In this document: one piece after another, positions 24,228-37,353 of the stretch
Layout: the number at the start of each line of letters is the position of its first letter
Numbering within the stretch: the stretch's first letter is position 1
From: Camelus ferus
Lineage: Eukaryota
Assembly (NCBI RefSeq): GCF_009834535.1
Contig: NC_045696.1
Location: forward strand, 63,738,001 to 63,802,000
DNA: 64,000 nucleotides
Direction of reading: 5' to 3'
Translations under genes and position numbers: made by a program
Notes under the pieces: model-generated
Seen by the model: only the letters and a program-made list of their open reading frames with translations
Database searches by the model: none
Told to the model about the DNA's origin: nothing

Positions 24228-27100
24228 TTTTTTCTTTTTTTTACAACTTTATTGTGGTATAAATTACATACCATAAAACTCACTGATTTTAAGTGTATGG
24301 TTCCCTGAATTTTAGGAAATGGACACGGTTGTACAACCATGACCACACTCAAGTTTTAGAACACTTTCATCACTGCAGAAATGTCTCCTGTGCCCCTTTA
24401 CAGTTAATCCCTGATCCCACAGCCAGCCCCTGACAACCAAAGATAAGCTTTAGTCATCAAAATTTGGCCATTTCTAGAAATCTCATACAAATAGGATCAT
24501 AGAGTCTTCTGTGTCTCGCTTCTTTCTCTCAGCCTGTTTTTGAGACTACTCTGTGCTGTTGAGTATGTTGGTAATTCATCCCTTTCTCTGGTGAGTAGTA
24601 TTCCACTATAGAAATGTCCTTTATTTTGTTTATCCATCCACCAGTTGAGGGTCATTTATGTCATTTCCCATTTGGGATTACTATGACTAATACAGCATTG
24701 GGAATTTACTAACAACACTTTAGGAGGACATATATTTTCACTTCTCTTGAGTAAATACTCAGAAGTCCAATTGCTGGGTTGCACAGTAAGCATGTGTTCA
24801 TTTTTAAAAGAAATTATCAGATAGTTTTACAAAGAGGCTATACACTTTGCATTTCTACTAGCAACTTATGAAGGTTCCAGTTTCTCTACATCCTTCTCAA
24901 AATTTGCTATTGTCAGGTCTTTTGTTTTGTCCCCCCAACTATTTTGGTGGGCATAGGGTGGTATCTCATTGTGGTTTTAATTTGTTTTACCCCAATGACC
25001 AGGGATATTGAACATTTTATAATGTGCTTATAGACCATTCATAGTTTCCTTGGTGAAATATTAGTTCAAATATTTTGCCAATTAGTAAGTGGATTATTTG
25101 TCTTGTAACTGAGTATTGAGAGTTCTTTATATAATCTGAATATGTCTGATAGTTTGCAAATACTTTCTCCCAAACTGTGGTCTCCCTTTTCATTTTCACT
25201 CACAGAACAAATTGTAAAATTTTGATGAAGTTTAATGAATCAGTGCTCTCTTTTATGATTTGTACTTTTTGTGTCTTAAGAAATTTTTGCTTAACCCAAT
25301 GTCATGAAGATTTTTTTCTATGTTTTCTTCTAGAAGTTTTACAGTTTATCTCTTATACTCAGGTCCATGATCCATTTTGAATTAATTTTTTGTATGGTGT
25401 GAAGAAAGGTCAAGGCTAATATCATTTTTTTAATGACTATCCAGTTACTTTAAGATCATTTATAAAGACTAATTGTTTCCTTATTGACTTGTGCTGGTGC
25501 CTTTAGAAAGCTCAATTGACCATATAAGTGAAAGTCTGTTTCTAGACTCTCAATTTTGTTCCATGCATCTGTATGTCCATTGTTATCCAATGCCACTCTG
25601 TGTTAATTGCTGTTGTTTAATAGTAAGTCATAAAATTATGTAGAATTAGTGTTCTAACTTTGTTCTTCTAAAAAATTGTTTTGTGGCAAAGGACTTGGAT
25701 AGACATTTCTCCCAAAAAGATATATAATGGCCAATAGCATGTAAAAAAATGCTCGACATCAGAGAAATCCAAATCCAAACCACAGTGAGATGCCAGCTCA
25801 CATCTATTGGGGTAGCTACTATCAAAACAAAACAAAACCAGAAAATAAGAATTGGCAAAGACGTAAAGAAACTTGTACACTGTCAGTGGGAATGTAAAAT
25901 AGTCCAGCTTCTATGGAAAACAGGATGGCGGTTCCTCAAAAAATTAAAAATAGAACTACTATATGGCTCAGTAATTATATTTCTGGGCACATTCCCAAAA
26001 GAATTGAAAGCAGGATATTGAACAGACATTTGTACACCCATGTTCATAGCAGCATTATTCACAATAGCCAAAAGGTGTTTGCAACCCAAGTGACTATTAA
26101 TGGAAGAATGGTTAAACAAAATGCAGTATGTACATATCATGAAATATTATTCAGACTTAAAAAGAAAGAAAAATCTGACAAAGTACAACATAGATGAATC
26201 TTAAAGACATGTTAAATGAAATAAGTCAGTCACATGAAGATAAAACACGATGATTCCACTTATAAGGAGGTACCTAGAGGAGTCACGTTCACAGAGACAG
26301 AAAGTAGAATGGTGGTTCCCGGGACCTAGGGGACGGGGGAGTGAGGGGTTGTCATTTGATGGGTATAGTGTTTTAGTCTTGCAAGATGAAAAGGGTTCTG
26401 GAGATTGGTTATACAATAATGTGAGTGCACTTATCACTACTGAAGTGTACACCTGGAGGATAGTTAAGATGGTAAATTTTGTTATGTGTTTGAGCACAGT
26501 TAAAAATAAAAAGTTTGTTTTGTTTAACTTAGGTCATTTGTATTCCAAATAAATTTTAGGATTAGCTTGTCAATTTCTACCCCCCCTCCCCAAACAAACC
26601 CGGCTGGAATTTTTAGTGAGATTTCACTGAATCTATAGATTAATTTAGGGAGAACTGCCTTCTCTTATTACCAATACTGAGACTTCCAAACCATAATCAT
26701 ATATATCTCTCTGTTTATTCAGGCCTTCAATTTCAGCACTGTTTTATAGTTTTCAGTGTATAGGCCTTAAATATCTCTAATAAATGTAATCTTAAGTATT
26801 TATATGCTGCTATGAATAGATATTTTGAAGTTTTATCCTTTGGGTTCGTCTTTGCTAGCATATAGAAGTATAATTGATTTCTACATATTGATTTCATAAC
26901 GCGTGCCCTTGCTAAATTCATTTATTGGTTCTAAGAGGTTTTTTTTAGAAGTTTCCTTAGGATTTCCTACATACACAGTTACTTTGTTCACAAGAAGACA
27001 GTTTTACTTCTTTCCAGTACGTGTGGTTTTTTCCCCTTTTGGACCCTGCCGAACTGGCTAGGCCGTCCAGGCCAATGTTGAAGAGCAGGGGTGAGAGACG
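24228..27100 (-). mobile_element. Old L1M (3' UTR plus part of ORF2), antisense, interrupted by a second L1
   Basis: T-tail at 24228; gtggtatctcattgtggttttaattt; resumes after 26523 with aattttaggattagcttgtcaatttct. Confidence 0.9.
25685..26509 (+). mobile_element. L1MB-like 3' fragment nested in the antisense L1
   Basis: ggcaaaggacttggatagacatttctcc...acacccatgttcatagcagcattattcacaatagccaaaagg, with degenerate TSD aaaaattgttttgt/aaagtttgttttgt. Confidence 0.9.
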
Positions 27101-27599
27101 CTTTGAAAGTGGGATTATTTTCCTACACAAAAGTCACCTGTGGCCTCTGGGAGATCAGTGTCAGTAGAACAGCAGGGGTGTCACCTCTCACGAAGTGTGA
27201 ATAAAAAAGAACAGAGAACGGTTAAGACACAGTCCCTATTCTCAAGGGGTCCCCAGAGTGTGTAAACAGCGGGGGTCCCTATACACCTTTCCCCTCCTTG
27301 GTGAGGCCATCCTAGACCCTCACCTCCTCTCACCTGGAGAGTTCCACAGCCTCGCACCTCTGCTCCCGAGTTTTCCTCTCCCTCCTCACTCCCCAGTCTA
27401 TTCTCCTTCTAAAGAGGAAGCCAGACTGTATTACTGCTCTGCCGGAAACTCTCCCACAGCCTCTCGTGTCAGGTAGAAGGTACATCAGCTCCATACCACG
27501 GCTACGGGAGCTCTTCCTGGCTTGGCCCCCAGCCCGCTCTCTGGCCTCCCTTCCTTGCTCTGCTCTTGACACACCTGTCTTCCTTCTGCTCCTGGAACT

Positions 27600-27757
27600 T
27601 TGCTTTCTGACTGTTTCAATGTGGTCACAAGACTTGGGAGCTTGTTAGAAATGCAGAATCTCAGGCTTCACCCTGCCCCCCATCTGCTGAATCAGAATCT
27701 TCATTTTAGAAGATCCCCAGGGGCTTCCCGTGCACTCTGAGGCTTGCGAAGCACTGA
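27600..27757. mobile_element. MER5A hAT MITE
   Basis: gggagcttgttagaaatgcagaatctcagg...ctgaatcagaatct...aagatccccagg...gcgaagcactg. Confidence 0.85.
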
Positions 27758-27789
27758 CCTGGAACCTCCCAGACTCTTTCTTATCATAA

Positions 27790-28460
27790 TGATTCGCCTT
27801 GGCCATGCCCTCTGCCTGCGGTGCTCCTGTAACAGCTTGATCCCATTTCATTTGAGGGCCAGCTCCAACCTCAAGTCCTCAGAGAGGCTTTTCTGGAAAA
27901 CCACATCTAAAGGAATTTCCCTACCCGCTTCATTCTCTATCTTCCTACCCGGCTTTATTTGTCTCTTCAGCCCTTTGCCTGTCTTATCTTCCACTGTAAA
28001 CTCAGCACCAAGAACAGAGCCTGCACATGGCAGGATGAGAAATATTTTCTGAATGAATGAATGAAAAACTGAACATAAAGGAATACATACTAAGGTGGGA
28101 TGTGATGTGTCATAAGAGGGCTTCAAAGTATTGCAGAAGCATGGAGGAGGGAGAGCTCAGTTTGGATGGGACTGAAGGAAGTTAGAGAAGATTTTGTGCA
28201 GGAGGTGGCCTTTGAGCTGAACCTCAAAAGATGGACAGGATTTCATCAAGTAGAGACAGCTGGGGGTCTCTGGGAAGAGAGGATGTGAGCAAAGATGTGG
28301 AGGGGAGCGAGCACCAGCTTGCCTAGGAGAGGAGACATTCCTGTGGCTGAAGCCAGATGGTAGAAAGATAGAGACTGTTGGGAGGGCCATGCTGTGAGTG
28401 AGGGAGGATTTAATGCCAGGCAAGGAGTTAAGATGTCATTCTACAGGCCCCAGATGCCAC
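27790..28460. mobile_element. Two L2 fragments in opposite orientations
   Basis: Plus-strand end agaacagagcctgcacat...gaatgaatgaatga, then antisense L2 ggaggtggcctttgagctgaacctcaaaagatgg. Confidence 0.7.
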
Positions 28461-28499
28461 TGGACCTCATTACTTTAATCAAATAACCCTTAGTCCTAA

Positions 28500-29005
28500 C
28501 AAACTTACTCTGGCAATCATTTTACAATAAATACATATATCAAATTATTATGCTGTACATCTGAAACTAATACAGTCAGTATTCTATGTCAATTCTATCT
28601 CAATACAAAAAGAGAAATAGAAAATATAAAGGAAAGTTAAGGGATTTAAGGAAAAGATACAGAAGGATCTTTCAGATACTATGAGTCCTAGGTGAAAAAA
28701 AAATTTTTAATGAAAAAGCAAGTCACTCCACTGTCTACTTTTTCCTTTCCTTAAAAAAAAAAAAGAAAGCAGGATGTTAGTGGAAAAATTGGTGAAAACT
28801 TTATAAGGTCTGTAATTTAATTAATAATATTGTACCAACGTTAATGTCCTGTTCTTAATCACTGTACAGGGCTTTATAGGGTTTTGTAAGATGTTCACGT
28901 TATGGGAGGCAGACGGAGGGCTGTAAGGAAGTTTTGTACTATTTTTATAACTTTTCTGTGTCTAAAATTAGTTCAACATAAAAACATTTTAAAGTTTAAA
29001 AAAAT
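28500..29005 (+). mobile_element. Two short L1 3' fragments
   Basis: atatatcaaattattatgctgtacatctgaaactaatac (28500-28625); aataatattgtaccaacgttaatgtcctg...tgtgtctaaaattagttcaa (28770-29005). Confidence 0.7.
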
Positions 29006-29179
29006 GCTCATTAGTCCAATCACACCTGTGTCTAAATCCAGAGTTCACACTTGGCATCAGAGCAAATTAGCAGTTGGAGTACAGGTGTGTATACACACAC
29101 GCACAAATATTTGTGTAATTCAAACAGAGTGGGGGCTACCTTCTGCCTTGACTTCTGGCTGGTTTCAGGTCTGTGTGTT

Positions 29180-29801
29180 ATGAATACATAAAGAAAATGT
29201 GATACATGGTTAATATATACATATATTAATATGTGTAAAATATACACACATATATCATATATACATATATATAACAAAACATTGCTCAACAAAGAAGGAA
29301 GTTTTGTCATTTGCAACAATATGGTTGCAAACTTCAGAGCGTTATGCTAAGTGAAGTAAGTCAGACTGAGAAAGACAAATACCATATGATCTCATTTATA
29401 TGTGGAATCTAATAATCTAAACTCACAGGAACAGAGAGGAGAACGGTGGTTGCCAGGGATGGTGGGGTAGGGGAAATGGGACGACGTTGGTCAAAGGGTG
29501 CAAACTTCCACATGTTAAATGAGTAAGTTCTAGGGATCAAATGTACAGCATGGGGACTACAGTTAACAACACTGTATTGCATACTTTCCAGATTTACAAA
29601 GTAGACCTTAAGAGTTCTCACCACCCAAAAAGCAAAAAACAAACAAACAAAAACCACAGTCATTATGTGAGGTGATGGATGCATTAACTAACCTTACTTA
29701 TTGCAGTACTCACTCATCTCATGTTATACACATAAATTAAGTCATCACTTTGTAGACCTCAAATTTGTACAATGTTATATGTCATTAAACCTGGAAAAAA
29801 A
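29180..29801 (+). mobile_element. L1MA-like 3' UTR
   Basis: ttatgctaagtgaagtaagtcagactgagaaagacaaataccatatgatctcatttatatgtggaatctaa...aatgttatatgtca. Confidence 0.9.
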
Positions 29802-29834
29802 TGAAAGATTTACATACGTTATTTTTAAAAAAAG

Positions 29835-29985
29835 ATGTGCCCTGGGGTCCAGCAGCACTGGCATCACCTGGTAGCTGGTTTAAAATGGAGAATTCCAGAC
29901 TGCATCCAAGGCCTACAGAAGAACTGGCCTTTTTAATAAGATGTCCGAGTGATTCTTACATACAAAAAAGTTTGAGAAGCACTGG
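29835..29985. mobile_element. MER5A hAT MITE
   Basis: cagcagcactggcatcacctgg...aataagatgtccgagtgattc...aagtttgagaagcactg. Confidence 0.8.
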
Positions 29986-30949
29986 CTTACACCATAAAAA
30001 CACTTTCCTAAAGCAGGATTTAACTGTCTGGTGGAAAAAAAAAAAAAAACTATCATTTTTGGTGTGTGTCAATAATGAAAAATTAAAACCTAGTAATGGA
30101 AAAATGGAAGGACTTGCCCATGCAACTAGTAATTAACCAAATGGAAATACAACCTGGTTAAAGAGAGAGGAGAAAGGGAATTCAGCTCATAAAAAACAAT
30201 TTGGGAGCTAAAATGAGCTTCTGGGACCAGTCAAACCATGCAGTGAATGGTCTCCTTTTTTCCATCTGACTGGTAGCTCCCTACTTTAGAACATAGACTG
30301 CTGAGGTGCAGATCTTGGCTGTCCTCATTGTCACTCCCCTCTCAGCAAACCACCCCATCCCCACAGCCACACATCTACTAGGTCAGTAAGCAAAGTAAAA
30401 AACACACCAAAGCCACAAAGCTTTGTGGGCACCAGGTCACATGCTGTATTCAGGCCCTGGCCCACCATCTTGGAAGTGCAGACTGTGAGTCATCACCGAG
30501 AACGAGGGCATGTAGATTTCAACACAGTGTAACTCCTCTGTTAGGAGAATGACCCGCTGCTCACATGCTTCCAGGGAGCAGAAGTCTCTAGGTATGGGAG
30601 GGTCCAGATCCATATATTCTGCACCGTCACTAGGGGCTCTCTTTTTCAGTGGTTTTTCAACAAAGTTTTGGTCCCTGGTGCCCAGTGTGGGCAGTGCTAC
30701 CCTTGATCGCTCTCCTTCAATGGACCTTTCCTCCAGTCCTCCTAGAAGCAGAGCTCTGCAGGAGTGATGGCAGGAGCTTCTGATTCTGTGGCTTAAGAGC
30801 AGTGAATGTTGTCTAAAAAGAATCCCAATCTAAACAACAGATCGAAGTCTAAAATATATGTCACTGTAAGCAATACCACAGGTAGAGTGTCAGAGCTGAA
30901 AGAGACCTCATTTATTCCAACAGAACTTCATAACTGATCACCGATAGGA

Positions 30950-31190
30950 GAAGAATAGCCACGTGTATAAGAGCTCAAGTTTTGGCATCAGATTTCCTGA
31001 CTTTGACTCTTGGCAGCTGTGTGATCTTGGATTCAATATTAACATTTCTGTTTCTTGGTTTGCTCATCTGTAAAACAGCAGTAGTGCTTGCTTCCCAGGG
31101 TTGTTCTGAGGGTTGAGTAGACTCACTGACCTAAAACACTTAGAGGAATGCCCAGCACAGAGTACACACTCAGTAAATGATCGCTATTGT
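30950..31190 (+). mobile_element. MIR SINE
   Basis: gcagctgtgtgatcttgg...ctcatctgtaaaac...aaacacttagaggaatgcccagcacagagtacacactcagtaaatg. Confidence 0.8.
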
Positions 31191-31404
31191 AAGTCCTGAA
31201 GCTGCCGCTGGCATGGAATCTTAATAAGGGGTGGCCCCAGAGGCTTATGGGAGAAATGAGGGAGGAGGGGTCATGCAGACTGGAGGTGAGTATGGGTCGA
31301 GAAAGGCTTAAGGGGTGTGTTGAAGTCTAGGAGGAATGGGCAACCTCACGGACTCCGTGTTCCACCTCTTCATCTTGTTTTTTCGGCTACAGGGTACACG
31401 CTCA

Positions 31405-31781
31405 CACGTGGACACACACGCGCTCACACGGAACACCCGTCAGGGGTTTGCAGCTGTCAGGGAGATAACATGGGGACAGCTGCCAGCAGCTGGGACCCAG
31501 CCCCAGCACTCACTCTGGCAGCTCCAGCTCCAGCTGTGAGGGAGGAGGAAGGCTGGAGCCAGAAATCAGCCTCCCCCCACCCATGAGAAAATCTCCCCAG
31601 ATTAGGCAGCTGCCTGCTCTATCTCCTCCTCCCCCTCAATTCTCAGCTGGAGGATGGGAAGATGGATGGGAGGTGAGGAGCGGGAGGCCAGGAAACTGGC
31701 TCTGTTTATCCACATCTTCCTGGAGAGTAAGCAGGAGACCCCCCACCCCAGGATCCCAGCGTCTAGCCCTGCCTGCAGCTG
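31405..31781. promoter_or_regulatory. Candidate bHLH enhancer (E-box cluster)
   Basis: CAGCTG at 31451, 31477, 31487, 31531, 31607, 31644 and 31776; CACGTG at 31405; AGATAA at 31463. Confidence 0.45.
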
Positions 31782-31884
31782 CTCTGCTTGCGCATCGGGC
31801 GTCTGTCCTGCTACATGCGTCCTCGTCTGTGTGTGGGTGGTGGGCGGGGGAGATGCTGGCTGGACGCTGACAGCAGTCCTCTTG

Positions 31885-32260
31885 ACCTTGGCTACTCATC
31901 TGAGTCTTCGGTGGAGCTTTGGCCTCGGCCCCACCCCAGAATGACTGAATCAGAGTCTCTAGGGGTAGGGCTTGGGCTCTGGTATTTTTTTTTTTTAAAG
32001 CTTCCTAGATGATTTTAATGAGTACTCAAGGTCAAGAACGACTGACAGATAAGGAAAAACGTCGCTCCCAAGAGTCATAAACCACAGACCTTCAGATCTG
32101 AAAGGGATCTTGGAAATTGTTCAGCCCAATACCCTTATTTTATTGATGGAGAAACGTAAGGGCTGGGTGGGAACCTGATAAAGTCGAGCCTCCAGTGTGA
32201 CTGTGGCAGAGCTGGGAGAGAACTCACGTGTCCTGCTTCCAAGTCCAGGGTTGTTTTCAT
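31885..32260. mobile_element. MER5-type MITE followed by an antisense MIR
   Basis: ccccaccccagaatgactgaatcagagtctctaggg...aagaacgactg; then cccttattttattgatggagaaac...gtggcagagctggga. Confidence 0.7.
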
Positions 32261-35200
32261 GGCACGGACCAGAGCAAAGTTGAAAAGTAACCCTTGAACA
32301 CTTAGGCCTTGAAGGACAGTGCTTGTTGTTGCCAAAAAAAAGGTGCATTTAAAAAGGACAAGACTAGGTACCTGTTCTCCAAGGGCGAGATGGAGGGGCA
32401 GACGTGTGCCACCTGAATGTCGCCATCTGGCCATGGGCAGATGGGCATTAGATGAAAGCTGGAATTTGCTGGTTCATTGGCCCCACCTGCTTAGTGGTAG
32501 CACTTAGAACTTGAGGCTGCTGCAATCCTACAATCCCCTCCTTAGGACTGGGCAGGAGGGGTCCTAGATTTTACAGGCCATGGGCATCTCCAAGGGGCAA
32601 GGAGTCCAACAGGCCAAGGGCATGCAGCCATCAGTAGCCTGTGCTCTCTTTCTAGACCTTACCCTGGGTACCTGGAACCCCTGAATCCCCTGCCAGAACA
32701 CCACTAACCACTTCCAGGGCCTGCATGGGCCTTTCTTAGGTCTGTCCTCCTGTGTATCAGTCTTGCCACAAGTCTGTGCACCCCTGGTGCAGGGACTACC
32801 GAGGAATACACAGTCGGTGTGTGCACCCCTCAGCCCGGGCATAACCGAGGGAGACTTACAACCAAGGAACTCAGAAGAGAACTCAGCCATCTGGGCCAGG
32901 TGTCCAGTTTTCGGTACAGATCCCCTTGTGGACAGGGCTATTGCTGGGGGGAGGAAAATAAGGGGCCGGACACAGGTCAGGGGTAAGCTCCCTTTGTGCT
33001 ACTAAATTCCAGTGCAAAAATCTCAGAATTTGAGAATTTCCAATTAAGACTTGGCCTTAGTGAGAAGATCTTTTAATTAATAGTTTAAGATGATTTTACA
33101 ACTTTGAAAGAACAGGCATAAAGTGTATAGCTCTCCACTGGTGCTCTTACTCCGGGCCCTATGAATGTCAGAGGCAGGCCTGTAGCACACACTCTTCCTC
33201 TGTGCAGATTACAGAAAGGTGCCCCTTGCTCTGGACAAGTGAAATCCCCAGCAGAGCTACGGCTGAGGCCCCCTTGTCCAGTGCAAACCCAGCACAGCCT
33301 CGCCTGGCTGTTTCAGAAGAGAATCAAACTGAGCACTGTTAGTACAAGGAACAGTGTCAGGACAAGCCAAAGGGGAGGCCACAGTGGAATATTCTCAGTC
33401 CTTAAGGTCTCTCACACTGCCCTGGCCTGCAGCTTCCCTCCACAGAGAGCTGGCTCCTGAATTAGCACCACCCTGTCTTCATCGCAGAAACTTGCCCTGG
33501 AGTCACAGCACCCAGCGCGCCTTTCCTACAGCACAGCCGCTAGTCCACACAGATGCCTGGAGCCCACTGGTTTGCCTTTCTTCTGCCCCAGCCAGACGCT
33601 GTCTTGGTGCCGGCTCCACTGGCCCCACTCCACATCAAAGAGTCTCAGTGGCAGACGTACAATTGGCAGGCTGCAGGAACACAGTGGAGGAAGATTAATC
33701 TTGAGTGGAGGGATTGGGGAGCATGTCCTTGGTGAGGCTTCTGTACGTGGCTGACGGTTGAGCAGGCAGAGATAGTGGAAGGACATCCATGAGCCAAGCC
33801 GGGGAGGTGGGGAAATGTGGAGTGGTTGAGAAGAGCGTGCTGAGATCAGGTAGAGGGTGTGGAAAGAGCAGATGAGCAATGGGGGTGGGAGAGGTGAGGA
33901 AGGAGCAGGAAGGGGCGGGGTGGCAGACTGGAGGTGGTCTGGGCCTCTGTGATAAGCAGCTTAGATGGCTGGTCTGGTCCTCACACTTAAATTCTCAGCC
34001 AGACTCTCCATTGAGACTTAAAAGGCAGATACGTTTGCACTGTTGGTTATTTTTACCACCAGGTAAGTGTAGCCCAGGCATCTGAGGTCAATTCTCATCC
34101 AGGTAGGAGGCTGGACTTCCTCCCCAACGTGGGACCGGCTCGGAGTGGAGCCAATGCATGCTCAAGTACGAGCATCCATTTGGCTCTGCTCCAGCAGGTG
34201 GCTGACTGGGGACTGAGGACTCTGGGTTTTGTCCCCTACTGTCCCTCTGCAGCACGCTCATCTTTGTCCTACCCACTCATTCGTTCACTTGTTCACTTAT
34301 TTATTTGTTCGTTTGTCATTCATCAGCCTCTGACTGAGGTCTTCCCCATGCTAGGTCACCAAGGAAGCCAAGGACAAATCAAAGAAGCAGCAGGCAAGGT
34401 CCAGGTCTGCAGAAGCTCCAGAAATTGCCACTGAGAGAATGAATTAGGCAGAATGTGTTCTGCTTGTCTCTCAGGCAGGTGATGGCTTTGTTTTTTCTTC
34501 CAGACTAAGGTGTGTAGCCTATGGATTCTTTCAGGAAAGTAGCCAGAATATCTTTAAAAGCCTGAGGCTAGAAGGGTGAGGCCCGGGGTCTGGAATGCAG
34601 TCTACCATGGCCAGGACACGGGCCCTTTTCTGAACTCCTCTCTGGATGCTTGTGTTTCCCTTTGCAGTGTACCTATGCAGAGCTCCTGTCTTCCTCAGTC
34701 GCCTCTTGCGTCTCGATGTAAAAACCCACATTCCCCCCGACCACTCCACCTGTGTCTGGCACCCAAACGAGGTGAGAAGTCAATGAACCTCAACCTGAAA
34801 CACCCGAATGGAGCTCATCCTTTCCCACCGTGCCCTCTGACCTCACACCTCCACCCCCAAACACACATTCTGACACCTCCACCCCAGCCTGCGGGTGGCA
34901 CTGGAAGAGGTTCAAGGTCGTGGCCGGGCCTTGATTTAAATGCAGATGTCTTCCTGCTCTGTTCCACACCAGAAAACAAAATCCTGGGTTTCATTCAAAT
35001 GCTGGCTCACCTGAAGGAGTGCCCCGCCCCTGGGAGGCTACAACAGAGCAGACAAACAGGATTAACCCTTGTCCTCAGGTTGATCCGTGAGGGAGAATTG
35101 TCCACATCGGAGCATGCAGTCTCACTGGCCAACACCGGCCCCATGAAAGTTTCATTCAACCAGCCCCGACACACAGGCTACTTTGCAAAATGTGGCCCGT

Positions 35201-36040
35201 GTTTGCCTTCCCCCCTCACCTTGCAGAAGCATATGAAGGGCTCCCCAAGACTGCAGGAAGCAAGCCTAATCCTTTGCATGTCCAAAGGAAGTGCCCCCCC
35301 ACCACAGCCAGAGGACCCTGAGCCGGCCAGGTGCACCCCCCACGCACCAGCAGCCTGGATTTGGTTTGGAACAGTGGAAGACGATTGAAGAAAAATGTTT
35401 CTAACTCTATAGAGGCCGCTGAGCTTCTGCCTCACATCCTCTGTGCCAGGTCCTACAATCTCTCATCTCAGACTCACAGTCTCCCCAGGTTGGTGTCACT
35501 GCTCTCATGCTGTGGATGAGGAGACAGAGGCTGAGAGAGGTTGAGTAACTCCCCGGGTCCTAGCGCGAGGAGGTAGCAGAGGCAGGATTCCAGCCAGATC
35601 ACGCCAGGCGTCCCATCTCGCGATCTCTTCACCACAACATGGGCAATCATGGCAGAATCCACCATCCACCTAGTGTCCCCACCAAGTCTCCACCCCTATC
35701 TACAGTGTCTGTCCTTCCACAGCCCTGTCCTCTTCCTCGGGCATCAGCAATTACAAAATCTCTGCCTTCTTCGCACAAAGTGAACTCTTATTTGACAGGA
35801 AATGTGGATACAGTTCATTTGTCATCGTTGCATGCATAGACATCCCCAGTGCTAAGAGATCCCTAATCTCCTGTTTGTGGAAGAAGGAAAATGCAAACTA
35901 CTTTTCTCCTAGGGAGGAGCAGGCTTCAGTGAGTAATTTTCCAAGGCTTGGCTATCTTAAGTAAGGGACATCTGATAGATACTTTGCCATCCTTTTCCTC
36001 CTTTAGTGAGCCCGGAGGTGTGTCAGAAGTGATTACAATT

Positions 36041-36080
36041 CTTTCTCTCTCTCTCTCTTTTTTTTTTTTTTTTTTTTTTT
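36041..36080. repeat. (CT)n plus poly-T low-complexity tract
   Basis: ctttctctctctctctct followed by a long T run. Confidence 0.9.
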
Positions 36081-37140
36081 GACAGGAAAGCATGATTTCT
36101 TGGTGGGTGTGAGTAAAGAGGTACAATTCTTTAAATCAGTATTTTCTCATGGTGTCTCTGGGAAGAGACATCTTAAACTTGGAGATGGACTTCCAGATCC
36201 TGCAGTCCAGTCTTTCTCAGTTTACCAGAGAGGAAACTAGTGTCCAGTAAAGGAAGATGCCTTACCCAAAGGCATGGCTGGAGGTACAACTGCAAACTCT
36301 CAAGTCTGATGCCAAAGCCTCTTCCACAAACGCATGCGGCTGGCTGATGAGAGCACGTGTCACCACGACACCTGGCCTCACAGTGGTTCTGTGTCCTAGG
36401 TATCAGCATCTCGGGCGTAGGTGAAGAAACCGGGCCCAGGGAGCTGTTGTGAGTAGCGAATCAGAGTGATTATACTCCCACCCATTTCTCTGCCTTCTTT
36501 CCATCATGTATCTTGTAGTTTTAAGCCATCATTGATCTACAGAGCAAATGAGAATCTATCATATTTGAAAGAGAAAGAAAATGAACAGGTAAATAGGAGT
36601 GATTCTCAGTCCTTGCTCCTGACCTCAAGAGCCAGTATGGAAATATGTCTGTAAGTATCTACAGCCTGCTGGAGACCTCAGCTCACAGCCACAGATGTCT
36701 GTCTTCCTGCCCTCAGTCTCCTCGACCACCATGCACACGGCAGCGAGCACTGCAGTCCTTCCCTCAGGCTCAGCGCTGCCCTCACGGCTCCCAGGCCAGT
36801 GGCTGACATCACCCTCCTCACAGGAACCCCAGCCTAAAACCTTGGGGTCTCAGACGTGCAGAGTCCCTCCCACAACCACCACTTCCTGTCAGTTCTGGCC
36901 CACATATTCCCTCCTCCATGTTCCTTCTGTTACTCCTTTGGGACATTCCAGGTTTTGCTGGAATTATTGCAATCACCTCCTAATGAACCTTTCAACCTTC
37001 CCTCTGGCACCATCATCATCCTTGTGCCCGCACTCCCACCGTCACCAAATCTGTCCGCCACGTCGCTCCAAGAAAACCCCCTAAAACACTGATCTCTTCC
37101 TTTTGCCGCTTTGCCTCTTTGCCTCTTTAAAAATCCTTCA

Positions 37141-37353
37141 TTGTATATTCTTGCCTCCTTGACAGGCATGTGCAGAATAGATAAACAAGATTATACTGTA
37201 TAGCACGGGGAAATACATACAAGATCTTGTGGTAGCTCACGGAGAAAAAGAATGCTACAATGAATGTTCATGTATAACTGAAAAATTGTGTTCTGCACTG
37301 GAAATTGACACAACATTGTAAAATGACTATAACTCAATAAAAAAATGTTTTAA
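37141..37353 (+). mobile_element. Young camelid-type L1 3' end with a short 5' inversion
   Basis: TSD aaaaatccttca (37129-37140 and 37354-37365); L1 3' UTR gaatagataaacaagattatactgtatagcac...tgactataactcaataaa; inverted ORF2-like piece at 37141-37161. Confidence 0.85.

Noticed and set aside
34576..35388. 270-aa ORF
   Set aside because: Non-ATG start, no recognisable homology or convincing exon structure; compatible with chance in GC-rich DNA
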